64,000 nt of DNA from Takakia lepidozioides (lineage: Eukaryota; Plantae; Bryophyta). The stretch's first letter is position 1, and every line of letters starts with the position of its first letter. A program made the position numbers and the translations under genes. The notes under the pieces were generated by a model. It made no database searches. It saw only the letters and a program-made list of their open reading frames with translations, and was not told where the DNA came from. The DNA is taken from assembly GCA_030704615.1 (NCBI GenBank), contig CM060734.1, positions 4,712,001 through 4,776,000 on the forward strand, given 5' to 3'. Positions 25,984 to 38,200 of the stretch are shown in pieces.

Positions 25984-26707
25984 TGTCGCACACCTCAGTT
26001 CGGTAAACTCCCCTTCAAGTCATAGTTACTCGCTTTGATGCGCGCGCCTGACTCCCAACCTGGCCGCCGGGCCAACTTGGAGTTTCGGCTGCTCACCGGG
26101 ACATAACGGTCCCCTTCCGCTTCCCTCTAAACCCTCCACCTATTTGGGACTAGGAGAATTCCCTTTGGTAGATGGCAGTCCGGAACAGCTCCCCACTCTT
26201 TGGTCGCTTTCCGGCTCGCTCGCTTACTCACTAGTTTTTGGTCACCAACGGGCTTGCACCGTTCTCGGGGTTACTACTCCCTATATATACTTCTGTAGCT
26301 GTCCGCGGGGGTTTCATAACCAGCCATGCCATTTTATGGCGAACCACCACGAAAACCCTCGACTCCCGGTGGTGAGTCGCGGTGAGTCTTGGCCCACTCA
26401 CCGCGGCCCCAATGGACCGTGATGAGTCCCAAGACTCCCCACGACTCCCACCTCGAGGTCTCCACCCCATGGTGAGTCCTATGCCACCCCCACTAAGTCC
26501 CACTAAGCTACCACCACCCCTTGTGGAGCCACCTCCACTGCAACCCGGTGTGCGGGGCTCCACCTAGTGAGCGCCTCCGCCTCCTTGAGTGCCTTGGGCA
26601 CTCAAGGGTGCTTCAGCCCCCCATACCTATCGCTGCCGCTGCCCCCACCACAGGGGCAACCCCTCATGTGTCCCGACCCCCTGCCCTCAAGGCAAAGGGC
26701 CGCGACA
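25984..26707 (-). repeat. 3' LTR
   Basis: Near-identical to 32226-32948. Confidence 0.95.
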
Positions 26708-27611
26708 CACACCCCTACCAACAGGGAGTCGATGTCCTCATCGACTTGTCCATTTTGTAGAAACGAACATCCAAGTTGTGGCGTCCCACATCAAGGAGTT
26801 TGTTTCCGTACCATGGCGTCCCATGGCAAAGAACCAAACCCCACACTTGACTCCACTCTCCACTAGCTAGTTCGGCCGACTTCCTCCAAGTCCCGGCCAA
26901 GGGTGGAGCCTCTCCAGCTCCTCCCAGTGCACTCTTCTGGCCTACTTCAAGGCCAAGGAACGATCCTCCCCGAGGATCGAATCGCCTTACTGCAACAACA
27001 TTGCTTGCGATCGCTCATGATGCCGCTTTTGGCATCACCTTGAGCAAGGGTTCACCTGGAACCCTCTTTGACTAGGAAGATAACCTTGAACCAACCGTGC
27101 GCCCCAATCACTACAATTGGGTCCGCCTTGGAAAGCTGGCCTGAGGTACGGGAACACGCCGAAGCCGCACTACGACTTCGTCCCGAGGCTACACGATTAT
27201 AGTACGTGAACGGGAGCACGTAGCTTCCGCGTTAGCCCGCACTACAAGGCAACCCCCTCGGTAGCGCAGTTATAGTACGCGCACGCGCCAGGTGCGCACT
27301 AGCACTTGAACTCCCAAATAAGGCGCAAGTTTCCTTGCCCTTGGATGGGAGTCACCCGATTTCGGCACTGCGCAAACACACGATTAACCCAATTTACCTC
27401 TCCCACTTTTGTAAGCTAGCATGCATTCTACACACCAGCCAACCACACCATGCATCACCATTCCAAACACAATAGGACGCACAATATTTGGAACCCATTT
27501 CCTTTATCACAAATTTTTGTACAATACAAGTTTTTGCAATCGGATTCCTGAGCTAGCTAAACCGGGCTAAGCATGCATTTCTTCCCCCACGCTCCAAGGT
27601 TGATGTCCCCA

Positions 27612-30600
27612 TCAACGCTTCTTCCGCTTTTGAGGTCGCCCTTCGAACGCTGCAACTGCCTCGGATGCGTTTCCCATTTCTGAGGCACGCACCCAAGATG
27701 CCTCCACAAGATGATAGCCCTTCCATTTGACGAGATACTCCGTTTCTCGGTTCTTGAACCTCCTCGACTTAAGTATTGCCTCCACCTCGTACTCGGGTTC
27801 ATTTTCATGATCCAACAGCATAGGTGGCGGACGCAACACTTGCTGCCGATTCGGACGTGCTTCATCTTTGAAGTAAGGCTTCAAAAGGGAGACATGGAAT
27901 ACTGGGTGCAACTTGCTGTTTGCTGGCAGCTCCAATTCATACACATCCTCATTCATAACCCTCCGAATGCGAAAGGGACCCGCATACGGAGGTACGAACT
28001 TCGGGCTCATTTCCGGAGGTAGTCGAAAATTCTTGATGTTCAACCAGACCTCTGTGTCTGCCTCAAACTTCACTTCCCTCCGCTTCCGATTCGCCTGCCT
28101 TTCATACCGTTTCCTAGCTTTGGCAATGTTGTACTTTGCGAGCTTCAACAAACGCTCGCGTTCTTCCAGTACCGCCGCTACTGCCGGTTCCTCAACGTCC
28201 TGGGCGGCCCAACTTGTCGGCACCAGAGGTGCTTTTCCATAGACCAACACAAAAGGGGAAACTCCCGTCGCGGAGTGTTCTGTGTTATTATAACAGAACT
28301 CTGCCGCGTCTAAGTGTTCCATCCAGTCTGATTGGTCTGCCGACACGTAATTCCGCAAGAATTGCTTCACTACGGAATTCACTCTTTCCGTTTGGCCGTC
28401 TGTCGTAGGTCGGAAGGCGGTGCTCATCTTCAGCCTCGTCCCCATCTTCTTCCAAAGTGCTCTCCAGAATTTACTCGTAAACTTTGGGTCGCGGTCCGAG
28501 ACAATATCCTTCGGGACTCCATGATGCTTTAAGACGTGGGCGAAGTAAAGTCGCCCTGTCTCCTGCGCAGTTGCCGTCTCCTTGGTGGGGATGAAATGGG
28601 CCATTTTACTGAACCTATCTACCACCACCATGATTGCATCGAATCCTTTTGACAGCGGCATAGCAGTCATGAAATCCATCGAGACGCTTTCCCAAGTCCC
28701 CTCTGGAATCGGCAAGGGTTGTAACAGCCCCGCTTGCTTTTTATACTCGCTCCGGTTTGTTGGCATGTGGTGCATGTCTTTACATACTCCTCTGCCTCCT
28801 CCCTCAGTTTGGGCCAGAAATATTCTTTCTTCAAGAGTGCCGCAGTGCGCTTGGCTCCACCGTGGCCCGCAAGCGGGCTATCATGGCATTCTCTCAAGAG
28901 ACTATCCCTGATCCCTCCCTTTGGCACATAGAGACGTTTTTGCTTATACCGGAGCAGTCCGTTTTGCAAGTGGAACTGCGATTTAACCCCCATTCTCAAG
29001 TTCTGCATCACGCACTTTGCCAGCTCATCCTTCCGGCAAGCCTTCCGGATCTTCCTTTGGAGCGCCGTCTCGCCCTTGTACACCAACAAGAGCTGCTGCT
29101 TTCTACTTAAAGCATCGGCCACCACATTGTCCCGTCCCGGTTTGTACTGGATATCCACGTCGAACACTGCCAAAGTATCTTGCCACCTAAGTTGTTTTGG
29201 GGACAACTTGGGCTGCGTGGCAAAATACTTCACCGTGACATTGTCCGTGAACACCTTCACTGGGTTGGAACCAACATAGTGGCGCCAGAGTTCAAGGCAA
29301 TGTACCACCGCCTTCATCTCTTTTTCGTGCGTCGGCCACCGTCGCTCCACTTCATTCAGTTTCTTACTTTCGTAAGCCACTGGACGTCCATCTTGCATAA
29401 GTACACCCCCAATTGCGAAGTCCGATGCATCTGTATGAATCTCAAACGGACGATCGAACTCCGGGATTTTTAAGACTGGAGCTTCCGTCATCCGCTGCTT
29501 CAATTCAGCAAAAGCTTGGCCACAAAATGTGTTCCATACCCAGACTTTGGATTTACACAGAAGGTCCGACAGCGGCCCCGCGATCTTGGCGAAATTTCTC
29601 ACATACTTCCGGTAATAGGAGGCGAGTCCTAGGAAGGATCGCACTCCCGGAACCGAAGTCGGAGGCTCCCAGTCCAAGATCGCCCTCACCTTTCTGTCAT
29701 CCATTTTGATCCCATCCTGTGTAATCACGTGCCCCAAGAACTCCACTTTTGTGACCCCGAATTCGCACTTTGAAGCTTTGGCATACAGCTTCCCTTCTCG
29801 CAATTTTTGGAACACCCTTTTGAGGTGCTCCAGGTGCTCCTCCTTTGTTTTCGAGTACACCAAGATGTCGTCGATGTACACGATCACAAAGTCATCCAAC
29901 CACTCCTGGAAAAGGCTGTTCATCAGCGTGCTAAATGTCGCTGGTGCATTGGTGAGCCCAAAAGGCATCACCAAGAACTCATATGAACCATACCTTGTCC
30001 TGCACGCGGTCTTCTCCTCATCTCCTTCCGCCACCCGAATTTGGTGATAGCCGGAGCGCAAGTCGATCCGGCTGAAATACTTCGCTCCTGCCAACCGATC
30101 GAAGAGGTCGTCGATCCTTGGCAAAGGGTACCGGTTTTTGATAGTCACCTTATTCAGAGCCCTGTAATCGACACACATCCGCAGCGTCCCATCCTTCTTG
30201 TCTGCAAATAGCACCGGGGCTCCGTAAGGTGACTTACTCGGCCGGATGTACCCCTTTGACATTAGATCTTTGAGCTGAGTCTTCAGCTCGACCAACTCTT
30301 GTGGCTCAACCGGTAGGGCGCCTTGGCAGGCGGTTCCGATCCCGGTATCACCTCAATTTTGTGGTCAACTCCTCTTCGCGGTGGCAAGCCGCTTGGTAAA
30401 TCCTCCGGCATCACATCCTGGTATTTCTCCAAAATCCCCTTGATCCAATCTGGGCTCGGCTCCCCATCGCCTTCTCCTTTCACTTCTCTAATGTAAAGCA
30501 AAAACTGGGACTCGTGTGTCTCCTCCACGGCCCACTCCTTTGCTGATAGAAGGTTTATTCGCCCTCCCACGGATTTGGGCGTTTCCGACACTCGTAAAAC

Positions 30601-30990
30601 CTCGCCACCATTCCCACATGGCAGCGTGACTACTCTCTTGCGGCCATCTATGACCGCTCCGGATTTGCTCAAAAAGGTCATTCCCAAAATGAGATCCACT
30701 CCATCGATCTCGCAGATAGTGAAGTTCTCACGTCCCTCCCAACTCCCCAGTTGAAGAGGAACATCAAACGCCAACCTTGTCGCCAACTGAGGTTCTCCTT
30801 TGGCAGAGCGCACCTCAATAGAGGCCCCCACGTCACTTGTCGGGAGTCCCAACTTTCGCGCCGCCGCGGCGTCATGAAGGAGTGCGACGCTCCTGTGTCC
30901 ACCAACAACGACACATTAGTTCCGGATATTATCCCATCCACGAACAATAACTGACTCCCTTTTCGTAAGGCGCCAGTTTCCTGATACAAC
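27612..30990 (-). CDS. pol: Gypsy pol (protease, RT, RNase H, integrase, chromodomain), broken by frameshifts
   Basis: [11 protein letters not shown]; [18 protein letters not shown]; TDASDFAIG; H..H..CTTC; VSMDF, SDRDPKF, DGQTER; [18 protein letters not shown]. Confidence 0.95.
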
Positions 30991-32170
30991 TCACAAGAAA
31001 ATTTGCCTACCTTGCAAGTCCTGGCGACCACCGCTTCCACCAAGCGACTGATGGTATCTTCCGACAGCTCCGTGGTCGCCCGAGTCATGTTCAATTGCCG
31101 GGGCTTCGTGCACTTCTTGGCCATGTGCCCGGGCTCCCCGCAATTGAAACACACTCCATCAAAGGTCGCCTTCTGTCCGCCATAAGTCGCTCCACCCGCT
31201 TTTCCTTTCGAAGCACCGGGTGCCGCCTTGACGTGTGAAGGACCTCCCTTCGATTTCCACGTGCCATTTTCGCCGCGTGGCCTATCCCACTTCTTTTCCG
31301 GTCGGGAGGAGTCACCTTCCCGCCGGGTCTTCTTGTGGTTCAGCTCCGTACGGCCTTGTCTCTCACCCCTAGGGACATCCGAGAAACATTCAGCTCTCTC
31401 AATTGCCTCGTTCAAAGTCTTGGGTGGCTTCTCCTCCAACTTCCGCCTAGCCCATGGGGCCAGTCCCGCCACAAAGTTGAAGACCATTTCTGGTTCTGCC
31501 ATGTCCGCGACTTCGAGCAACAGCACATTGAAAGCCTGGACATACCCCCGAATGTCATCTGTTTGCTTCAAATTCCTCATCTTGTCCCGGGCAAGCCAGG
31601 ACGCGTTGAGGGGCACAAACTGTCTCTTCATCAATTCCTTGAACTCACTCCAGTTCAAGGTTTCCGGGCTTGGGCCTCGGTCGTGAAGGCGTTTCTGCCA
31701 CCATTGTTGAGCATAGCCTCTCAAATAGGTGGGAGCCACTTCCACCCGATCTTCGTCACTCAACTTGGCCGCCCGGAAGTACTGCTCTAGCTCCAGGAGC
31801 CAGGTGTTGAGTGCCTTCCGGTTTCGAACGCCCTCGAAGGTGCCGGGTTCCTTAGGCTTCACCTTAAACTTTGCCTTGGTGGAAGTGGCATTAGCCGCCT
31901 TCAACACGTCTTTCAACGTCCCGCCAACTGCGCCAACAACCCTTCCCAAAAGGCTGCCGGCATGGGAGGCATCTCTTGGTTTGTCGGAGCTCTCAAAGAT
32001 TCCTCGGGCTCCGACTCCTCGGATTCCTCCCGCTCCTGAGCGGCCTCGTTTTCGGAAACATTAATCGCTTCCTCAAACGGCCGCCTCGGTGACACGTCGC
32101 CCCCATCGGGCTCACCGGGATCATCATCTTTTGGGCCGTTCCGCTTTCGTTTCGGCTTGCCCGACCCCAT
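30991..32170 (-). CDS. gag: Gypsy gag with CCHC zinc knuckle
   Basis: PGTFEG..WLLELEQYF, LRGYAQQWW, LKQTDDIRGY, CFNCGEPGHMAKKC. Confidence 0.9.
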
Positions 32171-32211
32171 GATGAGGCCAATCCCAAGGACGATTGCGTA
32201 CTGAACTCTAG

Positions 32212-32223
32212 GCTCTGATACCA
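32212..32223 (-). promoter_or_regulatory. Primer binding site complementary to initiator tRNA-Met
   Basis: TGGTATCAGAGC two bases downstream of the 5' LTR on the minus strand. Confidence 0.95.
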
Positions 32224-32225
32224 AG

Positions 32226-32948
32226 TGTCGCACACCTCAGTTCGGTAAACTCCCCTTCAAGTCATAGTTACTCGCTTTGATGCGCGCGCCTGACTCCCAA
32301 CCTGGCCGCGGGCCAACTTGGAGTTTCGGCTGCTCACCGGGACATAACGGTCCCCTTCCGCTTCCCTCTAAACCCTCCACCTATTTGGGACTAGGAGAAT
32401 TCCCTTTGGTAGATGGCAGTCCGGAACAGCTCCCCACTCTTTGGTCGCTTTCCGGCTCGCTCGCTTACTCACTAGTTTTTGGTCACCAACGGGCTTGCAC
32501 CGTTCTCGGGGGTTACTACTCCCTATATATACTTCTGTAGCTGTCCGCGGGGGTTTCATAACCAGCCATGCCATTTTATGGCGAACCACCACGAAAACCC
32601 TCGACTCCCGGTGGTGAGTCGCGGTGAGTCTTGGCCCACTCACCGCGGCCCCAATGGACCGTGATGAGTCCCAAGACTCCCCACGACTCCCACCTCGAGG
32701 TCTCCACCCCATGGTGAGTCCTATGCCACCCCCACTAAGTCCCACTAAGCTACCACCACCCCTTGTGGAGCCACCTCCACTGCAACCCGGTGTGCGGGGC
32801 TCCACCTAGTGAGCGCCTCCGCCTCCTTGAGTGCCTTGGGCACTCAAGGGTGCTTCAGCCCCCCATACCTATCGCTGCCGCTGCCCCCACCACAGGGGCA
32901 ACCCCTCATGTGTCCCGACCCCCTGCCCTCAAGGCAAAGGCCGCGACA
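32226..32948 (-). repeat. 5' LTR
   Basis: Near-identical to 25984-26707. Confidence 0.95.
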
Positions 32949-33485
32949 ATTTAGAGCCCGTCGGGCTCGTAGATTTGTGTTGGATTCTGCTGAGGAAAGT
33001 GGGGGGAGAAGACGCAGAAGATCCCAGGGGTGAGGTGGCAGTCCCCCAAGGAGAGGACGGGATTTTTGGAGAGGCATAGTGGAACTGATGCATCACAGAG
33101 CTCGGAGGATGAGGGGGATGAGGGGATGAGGAAGAAGGTGGGGCAAGTTCCTCGGAGGGTGTAGGAGGGAGTAGTGCCCATTCCGGCTATGACAGTTAGA
33201 ACACACTTGTATAGACATGGCTTGCCACAAAATTTGCAATAAAATGGCATTTCAAGTCCACTGGTGCCACATTCCAACTTCACATGACCCTATTTCCGTG
33301 CCTCCTAACCCTATTTCCGTGGACTCACAATGGTCTGCTCATGCTTTTTTTTTTTTTCCGCTCATGCTTATGCCGTCTCATGCTCATGCCGCTCATGAAA
33401 ATAGCAGCCCCCCACCGCGCTACTCCTCCTCCATCCGGGAGCTGCTGTCATTGAGCGTACTCCGCTACTCTTTTTCAAGGATGCT

Positions 33486-34199
33486 GTGCCGCCGAAATCA
33501 GCCGACTGCCCTTATCATGGCCACGATTATGCTATGTTCAAACCAGAATCAGGAGACATCATTGTCTGGCTCTCTGTTTTCACAGACGCTGCTGGAATCA
33601 AGCAAGAAGAGTCTTTGCGCGCAATGGAGTATCTGGAGGGCTATTACCGCTTTGAGCGAGGTGAGGGCGAGGGTCAATGCGGTCCGTGGTCCTGGAAATG
33701 AAAATTGTTGACCTCGATATATACCAAGCTGGAAAGGGATGCCGGACAGATCACGCAAGGCCTCGCTTTGGCGCTTGGAACTGCTGCCAGTGGACCAGGG
33801 AGGACGGCACCGGGGAAACTATATACGTGCCAGATCAACTCCGCTCTTCCAGTGTATGGAGACATTCGGCTGAGTTGCGAAGACGAATCGCACGGGCACA
33901 TTGAGGCCACAGTGACATTGTCCATGTATGATGGTGGTATCATTGATGGACATGACATTGTCGTCGGCTCCAGCAAGGGCAGCAGAACGACCGAATTGCA
34001 GTTTACCTCGAGGTGCCGCAGCAGTGATGAGCTTGTTTTGAGGGGTGATCGAAGTTCCGTCGACTTGGTGGAAGCCCATGTAGAAGGAGGAAGGAAGGGC
34101 TTAGTTTTGTCTGCCGGTGGTAATGTGAGAACATCGTGTTCGATCAATAAACCCATCGTACCTCACTTCTGTGTGATTGTGTTTCATTCTGTTGAATAA
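33486..34199 (+). pseudogene. Unknown-family cargo protein 'ORF X', copy 3 (frameshifted)
   Basis: Three ORF pieces give DCPYHGHDYAMF..SGDIIVW, WNCCQW, VYGDIRL, YDGGIIDGHD, ELVLR. Confidence 0.7.
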
Positions 34200-34344
34200 C
34201 TGTCAGAATTGGCCCACTGTTTACAATTTGATGTCTCATTTTACAATGTGTCTGTCCGGATGAATATGCGGGAACATGTTCCGTCCAGGGTACACGAAAT
34301 ACCAACAGGGGGTCTATAATTGGACAGGACAAAACGAGGTGACA

Positions 34345-34935
34345 TTGCCAAATGCGGCGACGCATTTCCAGCTTGGCAATGGAAAACTTCTTTTTGGACA
34401 AGGGAATGCGGTGCCGCATTTCCGTCAACACTTCGAAAAGTGTGACATTTCCGACCAGCGCGATGGAATGCGTTACCGCATTTCCGTGAGAGGGTCTGCC
34501 AAATGGATAAATTGCGATTTGGCCGTTCTGGAAATGCGGCGCCGCATTTCATGTCCGTCATCGACTTTTTTTTACAATGGAATGCGGTGCCAATTTTTGG
34601 TGGGCCTGCCAGTTCGAACAACGACCATCCCCAATATGGAAATGCGGCACCGCATTTTCAATTCCCCATCTCGACCTCCTTGTTCGACCTCCTTTGTCGA
34701 CCTCTGTAAGCGTGGTGGCATCCATGCAATGAGCGGGAGAGGCCAAAACTGGCGTGTGGACAAAGAAATTTTGAAATGCGGCACCGCATTTCCAATCGGC
34801 CGATTACTTTTTACTATGCCAACATTGAAATGGAAAATGTAGTCCCTCCCCTGTTTTGGAAATGCGGGTGCCGCATTTCCAAAAGAGGTTCTTAGAGTTG
34901 CCAAAATTTTGGAAATGCGGTTTGCCCCATTTCTG
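34345..34935. repeat. Cluster of ~9 dispersed palindromes GGAAATGCGG(C/T)(G/A)CCGCATTTCC (subfamily C variant)
   Basis: Copies at ~34351, 34402, 34465, 34530, 34579, 34638, 34773, 34858 and 34911, with non-repetitive spacers. Confidence 0.85.
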
Positions 34936-35266
34936 ATTTTGGGAGCGTCGTGGTTTGAGCGATTGTGTGGCTGGAATGCACACTGGAGAGGGGTCACGAA
35001 TGTCTGGCAGAATTTCCTTTATATACTCTGGAAGAGAATTTACATTTACAGAGACTTCATTAAATTCTATTAATCTTGAAAATCATACCGAATCCTCATC
35101 TTGTTCTAGACTGTCTGCTCCGCCTCCACCCCCTCAGTGCTTTCTCATCTCCAGCGGACTGCTCGTTGGCAGGCTTTCGAAAATCCCATCTTCCCTTGCG
35201 GAACTGTCCATCTCACCTCCGTTGGGTCGTCTTCCTCCCTGTCTGCGTCGCTTCATCGCCGCTGAA

Positions 35267-38200
35267 TCACATATGTACTTTCGTTACCCGTCTACCTGTC
35301 TGAGCTGCTGCCAACTCTTTCCTTATCCTTCTGTCCTCCCTAGCCCTCTCCAAAATCTGCTCTACTTTTACTGGGATTCTCACTTCTCTAATCGCTGTAT
35401 TTGCGAGTTTAGTTGCATAACTAGGAAGGGAGTAGTCCCTCACCGGGCTCGTCATGAAGTCGGCCCTCGCAAAGAACGGGACATTCTTTCCTGGCAGAAG
35501 TGTAGGCCCTACATGTTTCGACCCGGACCCTGCAATCCTGCACATGACAGTCATCAACGAGACTAATGAGAACCACAGTCGGGAAATTCGTTTGACATAA
35601 ATGACCCAGAAAGGCTTTGCAAACTTACAATGTTTGCACTCACTCGTATTCCGGGGTTCTCCTCCGCATCAATGTCCACTGTGTCTTCCTCGGACTCCGA
35701 CGAATCCGAGGGAACTTCCGCTCTGTCGGGAGCCTAACATTCCGTTGCAGCCCTTCAAGATGGGATCCCCACAAGATGAATCCTCCTCGTAGGCAAAGAG
35801 TGCCGGTCGGAAAAACCGCCCAGCCCACTTGAGGCACCTGTTACAATGCCATCCACACATTACCACATGGCGCTTCAGATGTTGCGAACTACATCCTAAC
35901 GAGGATTTGCAGAACAACCATAGATCAAGATTCTGCATACTTGTCCCACAGATGAGGTCGAGCACTGTGCCCTCAAGTCTGTGCATGTCTCCATAATTGT
36001 CTGAATGAAGGCAGGGCTCCGAGTCCTGTGAGTACCGCAGGGGGGGTTCCGTTGAAGTGAGGCTAGTGAGGGAGAAGTTCCTTGGAACGTTGTTGAACAG
36101 AACTCGTAAATCGAGTGGGTCGCGTTCGGGTCAACCTTTCCCTCCCTCCTTCCGGAAAGCAAAGGTGGAGTTCTCCTTCACAAAGCAGTATGCATCGAAC
36201 TGCTTCGTCTGCATACACAGGGGGAAAACGATTAGAAACCGAATGCGGCACCGCATTTGAAAACACCCAAGCAAATGAATGGACGAGTGCCAGTGTCGTA
36301 ATCACCTTCTTCCCTTCCGACCGAAGGCCCAGTGTGTTGATGCACGTCCACTTCTTTTTCAGAATCGGGACGGCGCTCTCTTCGGGTCCACTTCGCAATT
36401 CCTGTCTGAGTGTTTTTTCCTCTGCTCGCCAGGACAACCACACAGCCTCTGTCGTCCAACACCATGCGGGCAAGCCCGAATCCTTTCTTCCAAAAGTCCT
36501 CCGAGTACCTGTTCCAAGATGGCAAAGCTTGCAGTCCTTCCACAGGCTCTCCGTCCGGAATATCCAAGATGATCATATCGCAAGACCACTCGGTGGCATT
36601 TCCGCCCCTCCTACAATCCTTGTCTGCACACACCCTCTCAAAGAACGAGACCATATTCTGAAATCCTGGGGTGTCGGAAGGCTCTTCGGCAGTCGCCTTC
36701 TTCAGTGCTCTGCCCTTCAGACCCTCCATGGTCTTCATGTATGCCAACTTCGCTGCCCGTCCATCCAAAGCCGCCAAGAAACTCTCATTTACACACTGGA
36801 CTACTATTTCGGGAGCCACTTTCGGCCTCTTCATTTCCACCGGCTCGAAAGGGTGCCCCCTGGGGGGTTGAAGAGTGCCTTCTTAGCCGAGCCAGTTCTC
36901 GTGCCTCTCGTGACAACGGTGGGCACAGGGGAGGCAGCCTGCGTTTGGGGGGGTGGGCTGGTTGCAAAGTCTCCATCGGAGTCCTCTTCCTCACCCTCTT
37001 CCTGAACAGGCTGTTTCTGCTTCTTCGTTTTGGCGGGTGTCACAACAGCTGCTCCTTGCTGGCGAGTCCTCTTCTTCGACCCCTTCTGTTGGGCCTGCAC
37101 AGTTGCATCCACCGTCTTTTGTGCCATCTCAGCTGCCTTTCTGGATTCTTCCAGAGCAGCAGATTCCTTTGCCGACTTTGGCCCAGCAGGGACACGTCTT
37201 TCCTTTCTCTTCTCTTCTGCCAAGGCGTGCAGATCTTTCTCAGACTCGTCAACAATACCGCCAGACATGTCCAGGTACCACGGGCATCCAACGAGATGCG
37301 CGGGATGCCATTGTTTCTGCATCTCGGGTGTGTAGACACAGCTTGGGCCCGCCACGGTCCAAGCCATGAAGAACGGGGCTCTTGAGCCAGGGCCCGTGTC
37401 TGAAGGAGCACGTATTTCATATACCTGCAAGGCAGTCAGCATGCGTGAGCAAAAGTTGAGACCAACCTACTCGCAGAGTGCCACCAAAAACATAAAATGC
37501 GAATGCGGTGCCGCATTTCCGAGACAAACCTCGTAACCAGGCTTCGCATACAAGGGCAGCTGTGCTTCACCTGTAAACAATTCACATTGCAGCTTTCCCC
37601 GCTCCCTCCTGATGTGTAAACTCCACGCTCCTTCTTGCTGTCTGTAGCTCTCTGGCGAAAAGGTTGTCCTTGTACGCACATCTGAAACGTGTCACGTAGT
37701 CTTCCAATGTCTGTGTTCCATCCCATTTGACGTACAAGCCAAACGAATTTGTGTGCATTACGACTTGCTCCTTCGCATTCGACATTACCTTGCGATTCCC
37801 AAATGCATTGTCACGTAGCAGTTCAGGGAATTCATGTCAGAAAAGCAAATCTAGGGAAGTACCTTGAATTACCTGGAACCACCAAGTCATACGGTTGAGC
37901 CACACATCCACTGCAGGGTCGGAAACTTCCAGTGGAAAAGACCACATTGTCCTTATGCTCTCGGATGCATTCCAGATCGACAGCCACCGTGTCTGCCATT
38001 TCCGATCCAATGTCAGGAGCTGGAAGAGAGTGGCTATTGCTAGGAAGGAACTTCAGTGCATTGAAACCTCACCTTCTCTTTCGCCTCCACACATGCCGTT
38101 GAGAGGTGATGCAGTTTCTCTAATTGCATGGTCGGCTGCATGGCCCGAGAATAGTGTTTTGCAATCTCGGGGATGAAGTCCTTTCCAAGTGCCGGATCTG

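Larger units (their letters stand above)
25984..32948 (-). mobile_element. Ty3/Gypsy chromovirus LTR retrotransposon, near full length
   Basis: Two ~724-bp LTRs TGTCGC..GCGACA; 5-bp TSD ATTAG (right copy reads ATTTAG); the empty site GCTATTAGAGCCC is visible in copy E (54060); gag-PR-RT-RH-IN-chromodomain order. Confidence 0.97.
22544..33199 (+). pseudogene. ParB-MTase fusion gene of copy B, 3' half (beta-class N6A/N4C DNA methyltransferase-like), last exon split by Gypsy
   Basis: CDMILLDIPDG (DIPDG at 24721), LLDDGGCVVV, SPAFIQTLMETCSDVQGRILDLTCGTG (~25310), GASMWAG..RHVFAFEPD. The order (motif IV before motif I) is that of the beta class. GT-AG introns restore the frame. Confidence 0.8.
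19569..33412. mobile_element. MULE copy B with both TIRs, internally deleted, containing a Gypsy insertion
   Basis: GAGGTTTGCTATTTCATGAGC at 19569; ATAGCAGCCCCC at ~33412; TSD (C)CACCGCGC at 19560-19568 and ~33412-33420. A deletion junction at ~22420-22450 fuses the transposase to the middle of the ParB-MTase gene. Confidence 0.92.
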
